Positions 19,504-27,168 of a stretch of 64,000 nt of DNA are shown here, one piece after another. The notes under the pieces are model-generated. The model saw only the letters and a program-made list of their open reading frames with translations, searched no databases and had not been told where the DNA came from. The position numbers were made by a program, and so were the translations under genes. Each line of letters begins with the position of its first letter. Within the stretch, counting starts at the first letter, position 1. The stretch spans positions 2,880,001-2,944,000 of the forward strand of contig OZ245046.1 in assembly GCA_965224245.1 (NCBI GenBank), written 5' to 3'. This stretch comes from Candidatus Eiseniibacteriota bacterium (lineage in GTDB: Bacteria > Eisenbacteria > RBG-16-71-46 > CAZAMP01).

Positions 19504-20456
19504 GCACGCGCCGTTCGCTCCGGCGGCTCCGGCGCTGGGGTCCGTTGCTGGTCGCCGGGATCGTGCTCGCCTACCTGGCCAGCGGGCTCTTCTTCGTGCG
19601 TCCGGACGAGCGTGGGGTCGTGCGCTGGTTCGGACGTCCGGGCCGCGTGGTGCCACCGGGTCTGCACTACGCGCTCCCGCGTCCGTTCTGCCGGGTCGAC
19701 CGGCCCCGCACCGAGGAGCTGCGCCGCGTCCACGCCGGCCTCCCGCCCGCCGACCGCCAGGCGATCACGCGCGGCGACATGGAGGCCATCGTCCGCACGA
19801 GCGGGACGGATCTCCTGACCGGAGACGTGAACATCCTCAAGGCCACGCTGATCGTTCAGTATCACGTGGACGATCCGCGCGCCTACCTGTTCACGACCGA
19901 GGCGCCGGACGCGCTGATCCGGCGAGTCGTCGAGTCGCTCCTGGTCGAGGAGCTAGCCGGACGCCCGGTGGACGAGGCCTTGACCGCGGAGAAGGCGCGG
20001 CTGCAGACCCGGGTGCTCGAGCGCTCGCAGGAGACGCTCGATCGCTTCGGCGCCGGCATCCGTCTGATCTCGGCGAATCTCGATGCCATCGCACCGCCGC
20101 GTGCGATCGTGGACGCGTTCCAGGACGTGGTCAGCGCGCAGAAAGACGCCGAACGACTCGTGGACGAGGCGGTCGCCGACGGAAACCGGAGGGTGGCCGA
20201 GGCGCGTGGACTGGCGGTCGAGAGCGAGGAGGCGGCGCGCGGCTACCGCACCGCCCGCCTCGCCCGCGCCAGAGGCGAGGCCGCGCGGTTCCAGAGCCTC
20301 CTGGCCGAGTACCGGCTCGAGCCCGAGGTCGTGCGCGAACGACTGCTCCTCGAGCGCCTCGAGCGGATCCTCCCCCGGCTCCGCACGGTCATCGTGGACG
20401 ATCCAGACGGGGGCCCCCCAACCGACCTGAAGCTGATCGAGCGCGGAGCCCGCTGA
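19500..20456 (+). CDS. hflK: HflK-like SPFH protein
   Basis: SGLFFVRPDERGVVRWFG, PGLHYALP, LLTGDVNI, PPRAIVDAFQDV, ARGEAARF, VVRERLLLE; GTGA overlap. Confidence 0.9.
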   Translation: MSTRRSLRRLRRWGPLLVAGIVLAYLASGLFFVRPDERGVVRWFGRPGRVVPPGLHYALPRPFCRVDRPRTEELRRVHAGLPPADRQAITRGDMEAIVRTSGTDLLTGDVNILKATLIVQYHVDDPRAYLFTTEAPDALIRRVVESLLVEELAGRPVDEALTAEKARLQTRVLERSQETLDRFGAGIRLISANLDAIAPPRAIVDAFQDVVSAQKDAERLVDEAVADGNRRVAEARGLAVESEEAARGYRTARLARARGEAARFQSLLAEYRLEPEVVRERLLLERLERILPRLRTVIVDDPDGGPPTDLKLIERGAR

Positions 20457-20766
20457 CGGGCCGGAGCGCCTCGTCACTTAAGCCACTCAGCAGCAATGAC
20501 TTACTCCCCGCGAGCAGTCCCGCGCGCGCACGCCCTCGGTGGCGCGGCGGCCGGTGCGCCCGGGCGCCGCCGGGTCTCGAACCGTGCATCGACCAGGGCC
20601 GACCTCCCGCATGCATACGTCAACATCGCCTTCGCCCGAGACGAAACTGATAGGAACACCCGTGCTGCTCCGGCGCCCACGACGAGCGCCGGGATCGGCG
20701 AGACCGAACGCCGTCCACCGGGGCCGCACCCGACCGAGCTTCCGTCGAGCACAGGAGATCCGCGCG

Positions 20767-22845
20767 TTGGCCGAGCGAATCCTCGTCGTCGACCACGACG
20801 AGTCGATCCGGAGCGTCATCACCGAGGTCCTCAGGGACGACGGGTACGACGTCACCGAAGCCGAACGCGCCGAGCACGCCTGGACGCTCTTCCAGACCGC
20901 GCCCTTCCCCATCGTCGTGACCGGGATCGCCATGCCCGCGATGACCGGTCTCGAGCTCCTGCAATCGGTGATGGCCACGAGCCCCGAGACGCTCGTGATC
21001 ATCCTGACCAGCCACGCGTCGCTGGAGTCGGTCACCGAGGTCCTCCGCCTGGGTGCGTACGACTACCTTCAGATGCCGTTCGACGACCTTGACGTCGTCT
21101 CGGCCACGGTCAAGCGGGCGGTCGAGAAGGTCCGCCTCACCGACGAGAAGCGGCAGCTCACGCTCGACCTGGCGGCCAAGGCGTTCGATCTCGAGCGCGC
21201 GAACCAGCAGCTCGCGCGGGCGAACGAGGCGCTCAAGCTGGCCACGGAGGAGGCACTGGCCGCCAGCCGCTCGAAGGGCGAGTTCGTGGCGAACATGAGC
21301 CACGAGATCCGCACGCCGATGAACGGCGTCCTCGGCATGCTCGATCTCCTGATGGACCTCGGCCTGACCGGTGCCCAGCGCGAGTACGTCGAGACGGCCC
21401 AGCGGTCGGCTCGCGCCCTGCTGGCACTCATCAACGACATCCTCGACTTCTCGAAGATCGAAGCCGGCAAGCTGTCCGTCGATCCTCACCCGTTCGACCT
21501 CGTGGAGCTGATCGAGGACATCGTGGAGACGCTCGCGGTCCAGGGAGACGAACGCGAGCTGGATCTGGTCACCCGGCTGGGCCCCCGGATCCCGCGCCTG
21601 TACGTCGGCGACTCCGGCCGGCTGCGCCAGGTGCTCATCAACCTGACGTCCAACGCGATCAAGTTCACACACGACGGACACGTGTGCATCGACGTCACGC
21701 TCGACGAGCGGCGGACCGACGGCGTTCGCCTGCGGGTCGAGGTGAGCGATACCGGCATCGGCATCGCACCCGATGCCATCGGGCGGCTGTTCGAGCAGTT
21801 CACGCAGGCCGACCCATCGACGACCCGACGATACGGGGGCACCGGGCTCGGACTGACCATCAGCAAGCGACTGGTCGAGCTCATGGGAGGCGCGATCGGT
21901 GTCGAGAGCGAGCCCGGCGTGGGATCCACGTTCTGGTTCACCGTGGAGCTCGGGCTCGACTCGAACCCGGGCGTGGCCTTGTCGTCGGTCGCGCACCTGG
22001 ACGGTCTTCGCGTGCTCGCCGCCATCGACGGGGAGCGGCTCGGCGCCAGCATCGCCGAGACCGCTCGAGCCCTCGGCGTCGGATACGTATCGCGAGTGCC
22101 GCTCGTCGACGCCCTGACGGAGCTCCAGCGCGCGCACCGCCGGGGCGAGCCGTATCATGCGGCGATCCTCGGGGGGAGAAGGCCGAGCGCGACCGCGGTG
22201 ACGGCGACCGAGATCCGATCCACTCCTGCGCTCGAGCCGACGGCACTCATCTCGCTGGGTCGCCTCAGCGACCGCGTGGACTCCGCGCGTCTGGCCGAGC
22301 TCGGGTTCGATGCCGCGCTGACGGTCCCCGTCCGCCAGGCACGCCTGATCGAAGCACTGGAGCAGGCTAACGAGCGGCTGGCCACCCAGACGATCACGCG
22401 CCCGGACACGCCACTCCCGATGCGCCGGCCCCCGATCCCCGACTCGGCCGAGACTCAGGGGGTCCCGCTGGCCGGTGCGCGCGTGCTCCTGGTCGAGGAC
22501 AACGAGATCAACCGGCTGCTCGCGTCCAAGATCCTCCGCGGCTTCGAGTGCGAGATCGACTACGCCTACAACGGACTGGAAGCGGTGGAGAAGGTCCTGG
22601 CCGGGTCGTTCGACGTCGTCCTGATGGACTGTCAGATGCCGCACATGGACGGCTACGAGGCCACCACGAGGATCCGCTCCAACCCGGACTCGCCGCAGCC
22701 CCCGATCATCGCACTGACCGCCAACGCACTCGACGGTGATCGCCAGCGCTGCATGTCGGCCGGCATGAACGAGTACGTGGCCAAGCCGTTCGACCGGCAC
22801 GTGCTGCGCGAGCGGATGTCGCGCTGCTTGAACCCGCGCGTCTGA
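20767..22845 (+). CDS. Cytoplasmic hybrid histidine kinase: pseudo-REC, HisKA, HATPase, degenerate REC, REC
   Basis: [38 protein letters not shown]; terminal REC VEDN/LMDCQMP/KPF; TTG start after CAGGAG. Confidence 0.9.
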   Translation: MAERILVVDHDESIRSVITEVLRDDGYDVTEAERAEHAWTLFQTAPFPIVVTGIAMPAMTGLELLQSVMATSPETLVIILTSHASLESVTEVLRLGAYDYLQMPFDDLDVVSATVKRAVEKVRLTDEKRQLTLDLAAKAFDLERANQQLARANEALKLATEEALAASRSKGEFVANMSHEIRTPMNGVLGMLDLLMDLGLTGAQREYVETAQRSARALLALINDILDFSKIEAGKLSVDPHPFDLVELIEDIVETLAVQGDERELDLVTRLGPRIPRLYVGDSGRLRQVLINLTSNAIKFTHDGHVCIDVTLDERRTDGVRLRVEVSDTGIGIAPDAIGRLFEQFTQADPSTTRRYGGTGLGLTISKRLVELMGGAIGVESEPGVGSTFWFTVELGLDSNPGVALSSVAHLDGLRVLAAIDGERLGASIAETARALGVGYVSRVPLVDALTELQRAHRRGEPYHAAILGGRRPSATAVTATEIRSTPALEPTALISLGRLSDRVDSARLAELGFDAALTVPVRQARLIEALEQANERLATQTITRPDTPLPMRRPPIPDSAETQGVPLAGARVLLVEDNEINRLLASKILRGFECEIDYAYNGLEAVEKVLAGSFDVVLMDCQMPHMDGYEATTRIRSNPDSPQPPIIALTANALDGDRQRCMSAGMNEYVAKPFDRHVLRERMSRCLNPRV

Positions 22846-22905
22846 CGCGTCTCCGGTCGTCCTCCGACCGTGTTCGCGCCGTGCTTCGGATCTCGAGCCG
22901 CCCGG

Positions 22906-24699
22906 TCACTCCAGCTTGACGACGGTCTTCGCGTACACGATTCCGGCGGTCCGGACGAGGATCCGGTAGACACCTGGCGCCACCGGTCGATCCGCCCGGT
23001 CCCGGCCGTCCCATCGCACCTCCCGGCGCCCCGCTGCCATCGTCTCGTCGGCCAGTCGCCGCACGACCCGGCCCCGAACGTCCACCACGGTGACGGTCAC
23101 GCGATCGGCTCGGCGGAGCTGGAACGAGATGCGGGTCGACCGGAGGAACGGGCTCTCGACCAGTGCCTCCGCCGTGCGGTCGTCGGCGCCGGTCGCGTCA
23201 CCCACGGCGACCCCGGTCGGGGCGTGTGTGAACGCGTACCACGCGGCGGGCTCGGTACGCGGCATGCCCTCGGATCGACCCGAGGCGTCCTCAGCGTGGA
23301 GGTAGTACTCGGTCGTGGTGACCACGGCGGGGGCGGGAATGGTCGCCCGGTAGCGATCGTCGCCGATCGGCACCATCGCGACGTCCTCCCACGGGTCACC
23401 CCCTTGACGGTGGACGAGCTCGACGGACGTGACCGCGGCCCCTGCATGCGCCACCACCGTCGCCTCGATCGGCACGTCACCTCCCGCGGGCGCGACGATC
23501 GGCACGTGCGCGACGCGGAGCATGCCGCGGTCGGCGACGCCCTTCGCACGGCAGTGGAGCGCGTCGTCGGTCAGCCATCCCGTGTGGTCATAGCCCCGGA
23601 CACCGTACCCCGGCGCCGCCGACTGGTAGGCCATGAGCGCGGCCGCGTCCTCGGCCGGGCTCCCGAACGTGGGGACGTAGATCTGATCGTTCAGGATCAG
23701 GCTGTTCGTGTACGAGGCGGGTCGTCCGGATCCGATGTCGTGGCAGTACACGCGCATCACGCGATACGGGCGTCCGGTCGAGGAGTCGAGCGAGGCCAGG
23801 AGCGTGGCGCGTTGCTCCAGATCGTCGTAGGTGTGATGCGAGGGCCACACCTCCTTGACGAGGACGGTCTCCTCGTCCAGGAACTTGCCCCACGTGTCGA
23901 TGTGGTGGATGCCGCCGGCCTCGATGTCCTCCACGACGGCGTACACCGCGATCCCGTAATAGTCCGCCATCAGCTGATCGACCTCGGCGGGCGTCATGCC
24001 GTTCGCGTAAGCGGCTTCGGTGTAGACCAGATCGGTCGACGAGGCGATGTGCTCGCCGTCGGTCATGTAGTTGCCCCCGGTGTGCCACATGTCGTGCCGG
24101 ACCACCGGAATGCCCTGCTGAGCACCGAATCGCACCGGGATCAGGTCGTCGGCCGGACGCGACGGACGGTTGTACACGTGATCGACGATGACGAGCCGGC
24201 CCGCGCCGTCGAAGACGAACCACGGGCCGTAGTCGCGAACCCAGATCGAGTTGTTGGGCTCCACGAGGAACTCCACGCGATCCATGTCGACGCCGTTGGC
24301 CGCGAGGTTCGCCTGAGCCGTGGCCAGGAGGCTGTTGGTGACGATGACGTGCAGCGTGACCTGATCGTCCATGTCGCGAAGGAGTGCGTACGGCAGACCG
24401 AGGGGGAACCGAACCAGGACCCCCGTCATCGGCTCCCACTCGGCGCAGCCACGAATCGGAGACGCCGGGGGTGGATCGGCGGCGACACGGGTGGCCGGAT
24501 CACCACCGAGCCGTCGCCGGGCACCTCGGGCCGAGCGCCACGCGATCTCCTCGCGCGTCTCGTGGTGGGGCAGGAGCTCCTCGATCCCGTCGACGTCCCG
24601 CTCCGCCCTGGCGGGGCCGGGGACGAGCGCGGCGAGGACGATGGTACCGGTGGCCAGCACGATCGTGGCGAGCGCCGGGCAGGGTCGGTGACTGTGCAT
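22906..24699 (-). CDS. Secreted agmatine/peptidylarginine deiminase-family enzyme with FlgD-Ig/T9SS-CTD-like tail
   Basis: AEWEP, WVRDYGP, GGN, HHIDTWGKF, SYTNSLILN, ALHC; signal peptide; tail DVRGRVVRRL...WDGRD...PGVY. Confidence 0.9.
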   Translation of the reverse strand: MHSHRPCPALATIVLATGTIVLAALVPGPARAERDVDGIEELLPHHETREEIAWRSARGARRRLGGDPATRVAADPPPASPIRGCAEWEPMTGVLVRFPLGLPYALLRDMDDQVTLHVIVTNSLLATAQANLAANGVDMDRVEFLVEPNNSIWVRDYGPWFVFDGAGRLVIVDHVYNRPSRPADDLIPVRFGAQQGIPVVRHDMWHTGGNYMTDGEHIASSTDLVYTEAAYANGMTPAEVDQLMADYYGIAVYAVVEDIEAGGIHHIDTWGKFLDEETVLVKEVWPSHHTYDDLEQRATLLASLDSSTGRPYRVMRVYCHDIGSGRPASYTNSLILNDQIYVPTFGSPAEDAAALMAYQSAAPGYGVRGYDHTGWLTDDALHCRAKGVADRGMLRVAHVPIVAPAGGDVPIEATVVAHAGAAVTSVELVHRQGGDPWEDVAMVPIGDDRYRATIPAPAVVTTTEYYLHAEDASGRSEGMPRTEPAAWYAFTHAPTGVAVGDATGADDRTAEALVESPFLRSTRISFQLRRADRVTVTVVDVRGRVVRRLADETMAAGRREVRWDGRDRADRPVAPGVYRILVRTAGIVYAKTVVKLE

Positions 24700-24767
24700 T
24701 CCCGGGTCTCCTCGGTGACGTCGAGCTCGAGCGAGTCTAGCAGATCGCCCGAGGAGACCGCGACGCG

Positions 24768-25424
24768 TCAGGCGGGCGCCGGCTCGGTCGCGCGCCAGCG
24801 ACGGAGCATCGCGCGAACGTCTGGAAGCACCTCCAGATACCGGGATACCATCGGTCGGTGGCCACCGGTGATCACGCTGCCCTCGTAGGCGGCCTCGACG
24901 GTCCACTCGGTCCCGTCGGTCGTGGGCACCAGACGGTGGCCGACCTCGATCTCGTACGTGCAGGTCACGGGCACCTTCTTGCTCGTGGTGCGCTGTCGGA
25001 GCTGCACGCGCGGGATCGTCCGCTCGAGCTCGCGCTCGCGCGGGTCACTCTCGGGATCGCAGTGCCACCGGCCATCTCGCCGCGCGCGCCGATACTCGGC
25101 CCGACCGGTCATGGGCTCGGGAAGCTGGGTCCGGATCGCGTACGGCGGCTCGACGTCGCCGCGCCCGATGGGAACGATGATCTCGATCGAGCAGCCCTGG
25201 AGCCGAGTCTCGACGAGCAGTAGCTCCTCGGTGTCTCCGTAGCCCGGTCCCGAGAAGAAGCGACGAAACCGGGAGATCGGCTGGGACACGTAGTCGATGA
25301 TCTCGGCCTCGATCGTGGTGCAGCCGAGCTTCTCGAGGTCTTTCACCAGCTTCGTGTACAGCACGCTGAACGCTCGAAGGTGCCTGGACTGCTCGTACTG
25401 CTTCAACGCCGGGTGAATGTGCAT
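24768..25424 (-). CDS. Hypothetical protein
   Basis: 218 aa ORF, GGAGGG RBS before ATG, protein-like composition; no family recognised. Confidence 0.65.
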   Translation of the reverse strand: MHIHPALKQYEQSRHLRAFSVLYTKLVKDLEKLGCTTIEAEIIDYVSQPISRFRRFFSGPGYGDTEELLLVETRLQGCSIEIIVPIGRGDVEPPYAIRTQLPEPMTGRAEYRRARRDGRWHCDPESDPRERELERTIPRVQLRQRTTSKKVPVTCTYEIEVGHRLVPTTDGTEWTVEAAYEGSVITGGHRPMVSRYLEVLPDVRAMLRRWRATEPAPA

Positions 25425-25597
25425 GCTCGCCCTCCCACTTCGCAGCTGAGACGCGGTTGGGGATGCCGCGCACGAGCTACTGTAGGGGGTGGATGCACGG
25501 CGGCGGAATGATGCATGCGCATCATCCAGTCGATCGGCGTTCCGGTACGGTCAGGCTCCGCGTTCCGACGTTGCCCGAACCGGCTCGTCTCGATGCA

Positions 25598-25810
25598 TCA
25601 CCCGTCACCGGTCTTCGGCGCGCGCTCCTCGACGGCCCAGGCGCTCCGGTGGTTCGCATCGGGTAGGTGTGCGTCCCAGCAGTCCACCGAGCAGAACCGA
25701 AGACCGGTTCGCTTGCGATTGCACGTGCTCACGTTGCACAGGTAGTAGATCGCGCCGTGAGCGATGGGCTTCTTGCAGATGCTGCACGACCGCCACTTGT
25801 CGTCGGACAC
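25598..25810 (-). CDS. Small Cys/His-rich zinc-finger protein (ZZ-like)
   Basis: GGAGGAGG RBS before GTG 25810; CSIC...CNVSTC...FCSVDCWDAH...H. Confidence 0.8.
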   Translation of the reverse strand: MSDDKWRSCSICKKPIAHGAIYYLCNVSTCNRKRTGLRFCSVDCWDAHLPDANHRSAWAVEERAPKTGDG

Positions 25811-25937
25811 GGGACCTCCTCCGCAATGAGTGACCCGGGAATGATCCCTCATTCGATCGCTTCGAGAAAGAGAGAGGTGAGCCGCGTGCGACGCGTATCG
25901 CCGCCCGCGGGCTCCGGCCGATGGTGCGCTTCCGCGC

Positions 25938-26750
25938 TCAGTGCTTGCGACGCGCGAGCGTGATCAGGTACGGACGCGGCACGAGGATTCCGGCACCGGT
26001 ACGATGACGCTCGTGATACGCCACGAAGTCCTCGCGGAACGCGCCCGCGGTCTCGGGGTCGAGCGACGCGACGAGCGTCTTGGTCGGCCCGTAGCCCGTG
26101 GAGAACGCATCCCAGGCCGCCTCGCCGTCGGCCTCCCGGTAATACGAGACCGCATCCTCGAAGCCGAGATCGAAGTGGTCGCCGAGGAGCTCCTCGATGC
26201 GGGCCCTCCGCCCCCATGCGAAGGGCGACGGCTTCGGAGCGGTCGGCTTCGGCGCGTACTTCTGGATCACGGTGAACATGTCGAACACCCCGCCGGTCTC
26301 CTGCCACGTGGCCAGCGCGACCCGCCCCCCGGGCCTGGTGACGCGGGCCAGCTCGGCAGCCGCCCGCTCGGGGTTCATGCAGAACATCACACCGAAGGTC
26401 GAGGTCACGCCGTCGAACTCGGCATCGTCGAACGGCAGCGCCTCGGCGTCGGCGACGCGGAAGTCGCCGCCGGGGTCGAGCTCACGGGCGGCCGCGATGA
26501 CGTCGGCCGCGAAGTCGGTGCCGATCACCTCGGCGCCGCGCGCGCGAGCCCGGCGCGCCGCCAGGCCGGTGCCGGTCGCCACGTCCAGGATCCTCTGACC
26601 GGGCCGGGGATCGAGCCGATCGACACAGTGCTCGATGGCATCGGCGATCTGACGGGTGATGCGTTCGTAGCGGGCTCCCCCGGCGTTCCAGACGCCGGCG
26701 GCGAGCTCGTTCTCGGGACGGATTCGAAGATCGGTGCGGGTGGTGGACAC
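25938..26750 (-). CDS. Class I SAM-dependent methyltransferase (UbiE-like)
   Basis: ILDVATGTG, ADAEALPFDDAEFD, STFGVMF, ELARVTRPGG. Confidence 0.9.
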   Translation of the reverse strand: MSTTRTDLRIRPENELAAGVWNAGGARYERITRQIADAIEHCVDRLDPRPGQRILDVATGTGLAARRARARGAEVIGTDFAADVIAAARELDPGGDFRVADAEALPFDDAEFDGVTSTFGVMFCMNPERAAAELARVTRPGGRVALATWQETGGVFDMFTVIQKYAPKPTAPKPSPFAWGRRARIEELLGDHFDLGFEDAVSYYREADGEAAWDAFSTGYGPTKTLVASLDPETAGAFREDFVAYHERHRTGAGILVPRPYLITLARRKH

Positions 26751-27072
26751 GGTTCATTCTCCTCGGGCGGGGGCTCCGCCGGGTCGGACCTCGACGAGGG
26801 GTCACGCCGCGTGCCCCTTTCGCCCGACAGTTCGTGAAACCGTGTCCCAGGCTGCAACGGGACTCGTGAAAAGCGCATGCGCGAACGACGTGCGAAAGAA
26901 TGAAGCGAACGCATCATGGCGGGACCGTCGGGTGATCCGGACAATGAAGCGAGAGGTTCGGACATGTCGATCCGGCAGCGTAGCGAAGTCTCGCGGGCGC
27001 TCCGACGGCGAGATCGGGCGCGGATCGATCGTTCGTCGTGGCTGAGGACCTGCGGCTCGAACGAGTGCCTCT

Positions 27073-27104
27073 GCGTTCCGCCGGGCTTCCGCTCGGCGGA
27101 ACGC
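27073..27104 (-). terminator. GC-rich hairpin downstream of the cytochrome gene (no U-tract)
   Basis: GCGTTCCGCCG / CGGCGGAACGC 11-bp perfect arms; GGAA (GNRA) loop on the minus strand. Confidence 0.45.
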
Positions 27105-27168
27105 TGACTCGCGGGCATCGGGGTCGCCTGGCGCGACGCGCGGCGATCGCACGTCGCGCCGGCACCGG

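Noticed and set aside
26751-27168. Long intergenic region with short ORFs (e.g. 26916-27107), possible sRNA or riboswitch
   Set aside because: No recognisable riboswitch consensus or convincing coding signal; only the hairpin at 27073-27104 is supportable
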